NCBI GenBank assembly: GCA_036834865.1
Contig: DAITNC010000002.1
Span: 1-63,021 of the forward strand
Direction of reading: 5' to 3'
DNA length: 63,021 nt
Source: Candidatus Limnocylindrales bacterium
GTDB taxonomy: Bacteria; Chloroflexota; Limnocylindria; Limnocylindrales; CSP1-4
Shown here: positions 54,243 through 61,679 of the stretch, one piece after another
Position numbering within the stretch: position 1 is the first letter of the stretch
Layout of the letters: each line of letters starts with the position of its first letter
The notes under the pieces: model-generated
What the model saw: only the letters and a program-made list of their open reading frames with translations
What the model was told of the DNA's origin: nothing
The model's database searches: none
Translations under genes and position numbers: made by a program

Positions 54243-56156
54243 ATGCACGATCGACCTCGCCGCCTGGTTGCGGCAGGTATGGCAGGCCTGCTCCTCGCGG
54301 CGCTCCTCGCGGTTCCCGCCGTCGCGGCCTCCCCGCACCCGGCGCAGGTCCGCAAGGCAGAGCCCAGGCGTGTCGTGGAGTACCACCCGAACAGGCGCTT
54401 CACGGCGGACACGGACCTCGTGTCGGCGTCGGGCTACGCCGCCTGGATGATCGACGAGCTTCTGCACGAGACGACGCCGCTGCCCCCGCTCGGCGCAGCG
54501 TTCATGCGCGCGGAGCGCGACACTGGGATCAACGCCCGGTATCTCGTCGCGCACGCGATCCTCGAGACGGGGTGGGGCACCTCGTGGATTGCGCTGCAGA
54601 AGCACAACCTGTTCGGGTACGGCGCGTTCGACCGCGACCCGGCCCGGTATGCCCTGCGCTTTCCTTCGTTCGCCGCGGGCATCAGCTACGTCGCGGACGA
54701 GATCCGCGCGGCATATCTCTCGCCGGATGGGCGCTGGTGGCGGGGCTTCCCGACGCTCCGCGGCGTGAACCGCTTCTACGCATCCGACCCGTTCTGGGCC
54801 GACAAGATCGTGGTCCTCGCGAACGCGATCGACCAGGTCGTCCTCACGCTGCGCGAACGAGGACTCCAGTTCGGCCCGCCGCGCCTCACGACGCCGGCGG
54901 CAGGCGCCGCCGTGGCGGCAGGCGCCGCCGTGGCGGCAGGCGCCGCCGTGGCGGCCGGCTCGTCCGTGGGCGTCGAGATCCCGTGGACCAGCCGGACGCT
55001 CGGCCTGCCGGCGGCAATCCGGTTCGCCGTTCGCTGGACGCCCGTCGCCCTCGCCGAGGGCGGCGACGCCATCGCGCCCGGGTTGCCGGCAGCCTCGTGG
55101 ACGCTCGTGAGCCGGGCCGCGGGCGCAGGGAAGTCGGTCCACCTGACCGTGGCGGCGCCGGCGGTGCCCGGCTCGTGGCGGCTCGAGATCGAGGCGCGAG
55201 ATTCCGACGGGCGTCAGCTTCCCGTCACGGACTCCCGGCCGATCCGGTCGATCGCCGTGCGCGTCGCAGCGCCGACCGAAGCCACGATCTCCGTTGGCCT
55301 TGACCTGGCGCCCCCGGCGATCGCGGCCGACCGCGCTCCGACGACGACGTTCGCGGCTGCCCCGGCGCCCGAGCCGCAGGCGGGAGCGCTCGTGGCGAGC
55401 ATTCGCAACGTCGGCCGCACGGCGATCCCGGCAACCGCCCCCGATGGCACCCCGACCATCGTCGAGGCATGGAGCCTGCCGCTCTCGGCCGGTGGAGATG
55501 CGATCCGCCTGGGGGGCGTGCCGTTGGGCGCGGACCTGCCGCCGGGCGGGCTGGCCACGGTCCAGGTGCCTCGGCCGGCCGCCGCTGCCGTCGTGGTCAT
55601 CCGCCTCGCGGGCGACCCGGCCGCCATCGGGCGGAGCGTGCCGGCGGCCGCCCTCTACAGCGTCCCCGCCGACGGTCGTGCAGTGCTCACCCAGCTCAGC
55701 GTGCCCGACCTGCGGGATGAAGCCCTCGCGTCTCCGGTGCCCACCACGGCGTCCGCGCCGGCCGCGGGCACACCGGCCCTGCCAGCGCCGGGCGTCGCCG
55801 CCCCATCGATCATGCCGGCGGACGCCGCCTGCGACGTGTCGATCGGTCTCCTTTTTGATCCGGCGCCGCCCACGCTCGACAAGCTCGGCCAGCCGGCGCT
55901 CCCCCCGTGGATCCTCGTCCGGACGCTGTCGACGCTGCCGGGCGCCGCGGCCGATTCGACGATGGCCTTCGTGCCGTGGCCAGGCGACCCGACGCCCGGC
56001 GCTCTCCAGGAGCTCACCGTCCCCGGCGTGCCCGCCGGGGTCCGCTTCGTGGTCGTGGCGCTGGTTCCGGCGGGCGGCACGGACGCCGATCCCGCGACCC
56101 TTCGGCTGGCCTGGGTGCCCGTCGCGGCTCCGCGAATCGACCCGATGCCGCGCTGA
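54243..56156 (+). CDS. Secreted peptidoglycan hydrolase: GH73 glucosaminidase domain + ~430-aa Ala/Pro-rich region of unknown fold
   Basis: Signal/anchor LVAAGMAGLLLAALLAVPAVAA. INARYLVAHAILETGWGTS..NLFGYGAFD is the mannosyl-glycoprotein endo-beta-N-acetylglucosaminidase core. I could not assign a family to the remainder. Confidence 0.7.
   Translation: MHDRPRRLVAAGMAGLLLAALLAVPAVAASPHPAQVRKAEPRRVVEYHPNRRFTADTDLVSASGYAAWMIDELLHETTPLPPLGAAFMRAERDTGINARYLVAHAILETGWGTSWIALQKHNLFGYGAFDRDPARYALRFPSFAAGISYVADEIRAAYLSPDGRWWRGFPTLRGVNRFYASDPFWADKIVVLANAIDQVVLTLRERGLQFGPPRLTTPAAGAAVAAGAAVAAGAAVAAGSSVGVEIPWTSRTLGLPAAIRFAVRWTPVALAEGGDAIAPGLPAASWTLVSRAAGAGKSVHLTVAAPAVPGSWRLEIEARDSDGRQLPVTDSRPIRSIAVRVAAPTEATISVGLDLAPPAIAADRAPTTTFAAAPAPEPQAGALVASIRNVGRTAIPATAPDGTPTIVEAWSLPLSAGGDAIRLGGVPLGADLPPGGLATVQVPRPAAAAVVVIRLAGDPAAIGRSVPAAALYSVPADGRAVLTQLSVPDLRDEALASPVPTTASAPAAGTPALPAPGVAAPSIMPADAACDVSIGLLFDPAPPTLDKLGQPALPPWILVRTLSTLPGAAADSTMAFVPWPGDPTPGALQELTVPGVPAGVRFVVVALVPAGGTDADPATLRLAWVPVAAPRIDPMPR
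54897..54950 (+). repeat. 18-bp perfect tandem repeat x3 (GCGGCAGGCGCCGCCGTG = AAGAAV) inside the glucosaminidase gene
   Basis: Units lie at 54897-54914, 54915-54932 and 54933-54950, in frame, followed by a partial fourth unit. Confidence 0.9.
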
Positions 56157-56157
56157 T

Positions 56158-56187
56158 CCGACGGTGCGGCCGCAAGCGGGCTGTCGG
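56158..56187. terminator. Possible bidirectional hairpin between convergent genes
   Basis: CCGACGG (56158-64) pairs imperfectly with CTGTCGG (56181-87) around a GCGGCCGC core. It sits in the 42-nt gap between the stops at 56156 (+) and 56199 (-). No U-tract. Confidence 0.25.
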
Positions 56188-56198
56188 CACGCCGCGCG

Positions 56199-57791
56199 CT
56201 ACCCGCCCGCGGCCCCTCCGGTCGGCGGGTCCACGACGGTGATGAGGCCGCCGTACATCCCCATCGCGCACGAGTAGGACAGGGTTCCCGCCGGGAGGGC
56301 CGGCAGGTCGATGGTGTTGACGCCGGCGTGGAGCCGCCGCACCGACATGCCCAGGCTCGGCACGACCAGGGAGGCCGCGCACGAGCCCGTGCTGGTGGAC
56401 TGGATCGTCCAGCGGGTGGGGATCCCGGCGTAGATGGACACGTTGGTCGGGCTGTAGCCATCCACGTTCTGGTACGTCGTCAGGGTCTGGATACCGCCGG
56501 TGACGGTCCCCGACGGAGGCGCCGCGGCCGCGACGGGCGAGACACCGAACGGGAGGTTGAGGCCAGAGAGCCGGAGCCCGGCTGTGCCGTTCACGATCGC
56601 GAAGCCGACCACCACGACGCCGACGAGGCGCATGAGGGTCGGGCGCCACGTGCTCGGGACAACCACTGGGAGTCCCGCGAGCGCGAGCAGGCCGGGGGCC
56701 GTGCCGAGTGCGAAGACCGCGAGGATGGCACCCGCGAGCAGCGGCGAGCCCGTCGAGAGGGCGTAGATCTGGACCGCCTGCGTGAAGCCGCAGGGCAGGA
56801 AGAACGATGCCGCACCGAGCCCGGCCGCGCGGGCATCCGAGTAGCCCCCGACAGCGCCATCGCCAAGCCCGAGGCGACGCCCGAGACCCATCGGCAGGGT
56901 CGGCGCCCAGGTCGCGATCCGCGGTGACAGCCCGGTCAGCCGTGTCCCGAGGATCGTCATCACGACCGCCACGCCGATCATCAGCACGGCCGTCACCTGC
57001 GGCGGCAGCGTCACGCTCGCGCCGAGGGCACCGAGAGCCGCTCCCAGCACAGCGTAGCCTGCGATCCGGCCGGCGATGAAGACGAGCGCGGGGCGCATCT
57101 TCGCCGTGATCGCCGTATCGCTGGTCCCGGATGCGGTCCTGCGGGTTTCGAACGCGGCGGACAGGGCGAGGACGAGCCCGCCGACCAGCGCCGCGCACGT
57201 GGACACGCCAGCGGCGAGCCCGAGCAGCAGTGCGATGAGGATCCCACCCTGGTTCAGGTCGCCGACTCCCGAGGCCAGGCTGGCGAGGCCCGTCACCGAC
57301 ACCAGCACCGCCAGGCCCCCGACCAGGACGATCCCCATGATCGCGGTCATCCAGACCTCGGGGTCAGGCGTGAGCCACGGCGTCCGTCCGATCTCATAGC
57401 CGGCGGCGCGGATGGCCTTCGTGATCGCCGCGGTCGGGATCGGCGCGGAGCTCGTGACTTCCACGCGGCCATGGACCGCGGAGGCCTTCACCTGCTCGAC
57501 GTTGGGGATCCGGCCCACGTGGCGCGCGATGCGGTTCTCGCACGCACGGCACGTCATCCCCGCCACCGGGATCGTGGTCGTGACCATCCCGACCGGCGTC
57601 GCCCCTGTGCTCGACGTGTCGTCGCGGGCGGTGCGCCGGCTTTCGGCCATCTGCGCCAGCAGGCTGTCGACCTCGAGGCTGAACAGGAGCTCGCGCTCCC
57701 GGACATCACCCGCCACGGGCGCGACGGCCGGGGTCGCGGGCGCGCTCCGCCGCTGGGCGTTCGAGGCGGTCGTGGTGTGGCGGCGGGACAT
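56199..57791 (-). CDS. Three-part fusion: HMA metal-binding domain + TauE/SafE- or DsbD_2-like Cys-containing membrane domain + C-terminal cupredoxin-like domain
   Basis: TTTIPVAGMTCRACENRIARHV is the HMA MxCxxC motif. About 8 TM helices carry GVSTCAALVGG and FFLPCGFTQA. C-terminus: YSPTNVSIYAGIPTRWTIQS..GSCAASLVVPSLG..LSYSCAMGMYGGLITVV. ATG at 57791 is chosen; the ORF-track start is 57860. Confidence 0.7.
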   Translation of the reverse strand: MSRRHTTTASNAQRRSAPATPAVAPVAGDVRERELLFSLEVDSLLAQMAESRRTARDDTSSTGATPVGMVTTTIPVAGMTCRACENRIARHVGRIPNVEQVKASAVHGRVEVTSSAPIPTAAITKAIRAAGYEIGRTPWLTPDPEVWMTAIMGIVLVGGLAVLVSVTGLASLASGVGDLNQGGILIALLLGLAAGVSTCAALVGGLVLALSAAFETRRTASGTSDTAITAKMRPALVFIAGRIAGYAVLGAALGALGASVTLPPQVTAVLMIGVAVVMTILGTRLTGLSPRIATWAPTLPMGLGRRLGLGDGAVGGYSDARAAGLGAASFFLPCGFTQAVQIYALSTGSPLLAGAILAVFALGTAPGLLALAGLPVVVPSTWRPTLMRLVGVVVVGFAIVNGTAGLRLSGLNLPFGVSPVAAAAPPSGTVTGGIQTLTTYQNVDGYSPTNVSIYAGIPTRWTIQSTSTGSCAASLVVPSLGMSVRRLHAGVNTIDLPALPAGTLSYSCAMGMYGGLITVVDPPTGGAAGG

Positions 57792-57798
57792 CGAGACA

Positions 57799-57836
57799 CA
57801 CGCTCCTTCGGAGATCCGACTGACGGAACGAGCGTG
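57799..57836 (-). other. Leader hairpin that includes part of the Shine-Dalgarno of the HMA-fusion gene
   Basis: The mRNA arms are CACGCTC (57836-57830) and GAGCGTG (57805-57799), with a 24-nt loop. The downstream arm shares GAG with the AAGGAG SD (57808-57803), 11 nt before ATG 57791. Confidence 0.3.
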
Positions 57837-57879
57837 GACTATGTGTGCCCGCAGTCCCATGCAGGCAGGCGCAAGCCTT

Positions 57880-57897
57880 CCTCAAGTTCCGGTCAAG
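57880..57897 (-). promoter_or_regulatory. Phased direct repeat CTTGACC-N4-CTTGAGG (11-bp period) upstream of the HMA-fusion gene
   Basis: The minus strand reads gCTTGACCggaaCTTGAGGa. It ends 89 nt upstream of ATG 57791. The architecture matches the box at 58836-58854. Confidence 0.45.
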
Positions 57898-57954
57898 CGG
57901 CGAGCCCGGCTCCACGGGCGGTCGAGCCTTCCCTCGGCAACCTGCGCGCGGGGT

Positions 57955-58500
57955 CTACTGGACCACGATCGTCCCGCTCATGCCCGCCTCGAAGTGTCCG
58001 GGAGCGTGGCAGGCGAACGAGAAGGGTCCCGGGCCCGTGAACGTGTAGGTGAGCGACCCTGTCCGCATCATGCCGAGATCCGCGATCTCGGGCGTCCCGG
58101 CCTTGTCGGCGGCCACGTCGGCAGCCGGTCCGACCATGAACTCATGGGCCACGGGGCCCATGGACGTGACCTCGAAGGTGATCGTCTCGCCGGCCTGGAT
58201 CGTCACCACGTCCGGCACGAAGCGGAGCTGCGGGGTGGCGACGATCTGCACGACTCGCGGATTCGCCTGCGTTCCCGCCACGAACCCGGCCTGGCCCGGC
58301 CCGGGCGCGGACGCCGGTCCGGCCCAACCGCCGCCCATCACGCCGGAGCCGGCCCAACCGCCGCCCATCATGCCCGTGGCTGCCCAGCCGGGTCGCGCCG
58401 AGCCCCCGACCGCGGGCGGTACCAAAGCGCCGGCCCCGATCAGCGCGATCCCGGCGACCACGAGGGCCGTGCCGAGCCATGCCACGCGTCGGCCGTTCAT
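57955..58500 (-). CDS. Membrane-anchored cupredoxin (type-1 copper site) with Met/Gly/Trp repeat linker
   Basis: N-terminal TM helix, then GMMGGGWAGSGVMGGGWAG. Cupredoxin domain with VAHEF..FACHAPGHFEAGM (His, Cys, His, Met ligands). Confidence 0.8.
   Translation of the reverse strand: MNGRRVAWLGTALVVAGIALIGAGALVPPAVGGSARPGWAATGMMGGGWAGSGVMGGGWAGPASAPGPGQAGFVAGTQANPRVVQIVATPQLRFVPDVVTIQAGETITFEVTSMGPVAHEFMVGPAADVAADKAGTPEIADLGMMRTGSLTYTFTGPGPFSFACHAPGHFEAGMSGTIVVQ
58319..58370 (-). repeat. 22-nt perfect direct repeat at 30-nt spacing encoding the G(M/V)MGGGWAG motif
   Basis: CCGGCCCAACCGCCGCCCATCA occurs at 58319-58340 and at 58349-58370 (plus-strand reading). Confidence 0.9.
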
Positions 58501-58751
58501 CGCCCTGACCTGAGGACGTTCGCTGCCTGCGTGTACTCGGCCTCGCTGATCTCACCGCGGGCAAAACGCACGCGAAGGATGTCGAGCGCCTCGATGCCGG
58601 CGGCCGGCGCCCCGGGCCGATGGTCGGGAGCCGTGGCTCGCGATACCGCCCACGCGACGAGGGCCACCAGGCCCACGATCAGGAGGATGCACCCGATCAC
58701 CCAGAGCATCCCGCCGAGCCCAAACCCGAGCCCCGTCCCATATCCCATCAT
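58497..58751 (-). CDS. SHOCT domain membrane protein
   Basis: 84 aa. Gly-rich N-terminus plus a TM helix. C-terminal ALDILRVRFARGEISEAEYTQAANVL is a SHOCT motif. Its stop overlaps the cupredoxin ATG (ATGA at 58497-58500). Confidence 0.75.
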   Translation of the reverse strand: MMGYGTGLGFGLGGMLWVIGCILLIVGLVALVAWAVSRATAPDHRPGAPAAGIEALDILRVRFARGEISEAEYTQAANVLRSGR

Positions 58752-58835
58752 GTTGGTTCACCGTTGACGCGCCCCGGATCTTCCGAAGACCTGGCCCAAT
58801 GATCGCCGGGGCACCTCTCGTGCGATGCTCGCCCG

Positions 58836-58854
58836 GGTCAAGAATTGGTCAAGA
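58836..58854 (-). promoter_or_regulatory. Phased perfect direct repeat TCTTGACC-N3-TCTTGACC (11-bp period) upstream of the SHOCT-cupredoxin operon
   Basis: The plus strand has GGTCAAGA at 58836-43 and at 58847-54. It ends 85 nt upstream of ATG 58751. Confidence 0.45.
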
Positions 58855-58883
58855 GACCGCTGGATCGCTTCCGGCGGGGCGAA

Positions 58884-59357
58884 CTAGCCGCCGCGTGAGC
58901 ACTCCGCGCAACGCCCGACGATGGTCAGGTGGGACAGGTTGACCTGGAATCGGCGGTCGTTGATGAGGGTCTTCGTGAGCCGGCGAGCCTCGTCGGCCTC
59001 GATCTCCCAGGTGCCCCCACAGGCCTCACAGCTCAGGTGGCCGTGCTCCGTCGAGGGGAGGACGTGGAACTCCTCGCGTCCGTCGAGCCCGTGGGAGTGG
59101 CGGACAAGGCCGATCATCTCCAGCACGTCCAGGGTCCGGTACACGGTCGAGGCCGTCGTCTCCGGGTCGAGGGTGCGACAGCGTTCGACGAGCTCAACCC
59201 CAGTGACGTGGCCATCGGATCCCACGAGCACGTCGACGAGGGCACGCCGCTGCGGAGTCCAGCGCATGCCGCGTTCGCGGAGTTCCGCTCTCGCCCGCGT
59301 GATGGTCGCCAGGACGGCGGCTGCGTCGCGTTCCACGTTCAAGCCCGGATCGTACAT
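58884..59357 (-). CDS. Fur family metalloregulator (Nur/Zur/Fur-type)
   Basis: MRWTPQRRALVDVL..VTGVELVERC..STVYRTLDVLEMIGLV..HGHLSCEACG..GRCAECS are present (DNA-binding wHTH, HxH, two CxxC). ATG at 59357 gives 157 aa. The ORF extends to a GTG at 59450. Confidence 0.8.
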   Translation of the reverse strand: MYDPGLNVERDAAAVLATITRARAELRERGMRWTPQRRALVDVLVGSDGHVTGVELVERCRTLDPETTASTVYRTLDVLEMIGLVRHSHGLDGREEFHVLPSTEHGHLSCEACGGTWEIEADEARRLTKTLINDRRFQVNLSHLTIVGRCAECSRGG

Positions 59358-59391
59358 CTGCCCGGGTGGCTGGTGCGTATAGAAGGTGTCG

Positions 59392-59420
59392 ATCACGTTG
59401 ACTTCCAGATGCGACGTGAT
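59392..59420. promoter_or_regulatory. 7-bp inverted repeat ATCACGT-N15-ACGTGAT in the fur-like/NiCoT divergent region
   Basis: Arms lie at 59392-98 and 59414-20. The right arm abuts a possible NiCoT promoter (ATGCAA-17-TAGGCT). It is intergenic only if the Fur-like gene starts at 59357. Confidence 0.2.
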
Positions 59421-59483
59421 GCAACAGCGAGCCTCCTCTGTTAGGCTCACCCCCTGCTCCCCAGCGCCCCCGGAGACCCCGCG

Positions 59484-60569
59484 ATGCTGAACACGCTCCG
59501 TCCTCTCCTCGGCTCCTCCAGCGCCCTGCGGAACCGGGTCATCGGCGTCTACGTATTCCTGGCTCTCTTCAACCTGGCGGCATGGGGCCTCGCCGTCGGT
59601 GCTTCATCTTCGTATCCGATCATGCTTCCGACGGCGTTCCTGGCCTACACGTTCGGCCTCCGTCACGCGGTCGATGCCGACCACATCGCGGCCATCGACA
59701 ACTCGACGCGCAAGCTCATGCAGGACGGGCAGCGGCCGGTCGGGGTGGGGCTCTTCTTCTCGCTCGGCCACTCGACGATCGTGGTCGCCCTGACGGTCCT
59801 CGTCGCGATCTCGGCCGGGATCGTCAGCGACATTCCAGCCGCCCAGCAGATCGGCGGCCTCATCGGCACGGCGGTTTCGGGGACCTTCCTGATCGTCATC
59901 GGGATCATCAATCTCGTCGTCCTGCTCGACATCTACCGGATGTTCCGGCAGGTGTCAGCGGGCGGCTCCTACAGCGAGGAGAGCCTCGAGGACTTCCTGA
60001 ACAACCGGGGCCTGCTCGCGCGACTTCTGCGGCCCATGCTGCGGCTGATCAGGAAGAGCTGGCACATGTACCCGCTCGGATTGCTCTTCGGGCTCGGGTT
60101 CGACACCGCGAGCGAGGTCGCGCTCCTGGGCCTTGCTGCGACGTCCGGCGCCGGCCACGTCCCCGTCGTGCTCATCCTCATCCTGCCGGCGCTCTTCGCG
60201 GCCGGCATGTCCACGATCGACGCCACCGACGGCATCCTCATGCTCGGTGCCTACGGCTGGGCTTACGTCAAGCCGATCCGCAAGCTCTACTACAACCTCA
60301 ACATCACGCTCGTCTCGGTCATCATCGCGTTCGTCATCGGTGGGATCGAGATCCTTTCGATCGTCGGGCGCCAGCTCGGCCTCACGGGTGGTTTCTGGAA
60401 CATGGTGACGAACGTTGACTTCGGGCTTATCGGCGTCGCGATCGTCGCGGTGTTCCTGGTCAGCTGGGGCCTCTCGACCCTCGTCTACCGCTGGAAGGGC
60501 TACGACAACCTGACGCCGACCCCGGTCACATCGGCGCCCGGCCCGAGCGGGCTCGACCAGGCGGCCTGA
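59484..60569 (+). CDS. HoxN/HupN/NixA family nickel/cobalt transporter (NiCoT)
   Basis: FGLRHAVDADHIAAIDN (signature HX4DH), FSLGHSTIV and LGFDTASEVALL are present, with 8 TM helices. Confidence 0.9.
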   Translation: MLNTLRPLLGSSSALRNRVIGVYVFLALFNLAAWGLAVGASSSYPIMLPTAFLAYTFGLRHAVDADHIAAIDNSTRKLMQDGQRPVGVGLFFSLGHSTIVVALTVLVAISAGIVSDIPAAQQIGGLIGTAVSGTFLIVIGIINLVVLLDIYRMFRQVSAGGSYSEESLEDFLNNRGLLARLLRPMLRLIRKSWHMYPLGLLFGLGFDTASEVALLGLAATSGAGHVPVVLILILPALFAAGMSTIDATDGILMLGAYGWAYVKPIRKLYYNLNITLVSVIIAFVIGGIEILSIVGRQLGLTGGFWNMVTNVDFGLIGVAIVAVFLVSWGLSTLVYRWKGYDNLTPTPVTSAPGPSGLDQAA

Positions 60570-60587
60570 GGAGCCGCGCGGCGCGGG

Positions 60588-61679
60588 TCAGGCCGCCGGG
60601 ACCTCCAGCACGAACGTAGCACCCGTTCCGGTGCCGGCGCTCTCCGCCCACGCGCTCCCCCCCATCGCTTCCGCGAGCGCACGTACGATCGCGAGGCCGA
60701 TCCCGGACCCGCCGGCAGCCCGGCTGCGTGCCGGATCGATGCGGTAGAAGCGTTCGAAGACCGTCTCGAGCTGCTCGGGGGCGAGGCCGGGACCCTGGTC
60801 GGTCACGCGCAGCTGCACCGTCGAGCGCCCCGACTTCGCCGTGATGACGATCGTCGAGCCGTCGGGAGCGTGGCGGATCGCGTTCGAGAGGTAGTTCGCC
60901 AGGACCTGGGCGACGCGGTCGCGATCGGCCCGCGCGACTGCCGGCTCGGACCCGAGCGTCATCGTGATCGCGCGCGGCGCGGCGAGCGGACCGAAGCCAT
61001 CGGCGACCTCCCGGGCCACCGCGGTGAGGTCCACCGCCTCGATCCTGAGTGGCAGCTGGTGGGCCTCGGCACGCCAGAGCTCGGCGAGGTCGCTGACCAG
61101 CCGGGTGAGCCGCCGCGTCTCGGCGCGAAGGAGCCGCCACGTCGCGTCCGAGGGCTCGATGACCCCGTCCTCGAGGCCTTCCAGGTACCCGTCGAGGGTC
61201 GTGAGTGGCGTGCGCAGCTCGTGGGCCACGTCGCCGACCAGCTGGAGGCGCCGCCGCTCGGTCGCCTCGAGCGAGCCGGCCATCTCGTTGAACGAGAGCG
61301 CAAGGTCGCCCAGCTCGCCCGGTTCATCGGCCGGCACCCGTTCCGCATAGTGGCCGTGCGCGATCCGGTGGGCAGCGCCGACGAGTGTCGTGATTGGTCG
61401 CGCGATCCGGGCCGCGACCGCGAGGCTCACGATGGTGGCGGTGACGACCGCGATGATCGTGGCGGCAGCGATCGCCTGGCGCATCGCCTCGGCGAAGGCC
61501 GCCTGGGTGGCCTGGCCCATCGCCGCGCCCATCTGGTCGCCCGGCGCGTGGCCCATCGCCGCGGCGAAGTAGCCCGGGCCCACGAGCAGGACGGCCACGG
61601 CGACGGTGCCGATCGCGGCCGCGACCACGACGAGGAAGGCCACGAGCATCCGCGCCCGGAGCGAGCGTGCCAGCATCAT
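60588..61679 (-). CDS. Sensor histidine kinase (2 TM, short Met/His-rich outer loop, HAMP, HisKA, HATPase_c)
   Basis: H-box VAHELRTPLT, N-box YLSNAIRH, DQGPGL and GGSGIGLAIV are present. The ATG overlaps the response-regulator stop. Confidence 0.9.
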   Translation of the reverse strand: MMLARSLRARMLVAFLVVVAAAIGTVAVAVLLVGPGYFAAAMGHAPGDQMGAAMGQATQAAFAEAMRQAIAAATIIAVVTATIVSLAVAARIARPITTLVGAAHRIAHGHYAERVPADEPGELGDLALSFNEMAGSLEATERRRLQLVGDVAHELRTPLTTLDGYLEGLEDGVIEPSDATWRLLRAETRRLTRLVSDLAELWRAEAHQLPLRIEAVDLTAVAREVADGFGPLAAPRAITMTLGSEPAVARADRDRVAQVLANYLSNAIRHAPDGSTIVITAKSGRSTVQLRVTDQGPGLAPEQLETVFERFYRIDPARSRAAGGSGIGLAIVRALAEAMGGSAWAESAGTGTGATFVLEVPAA

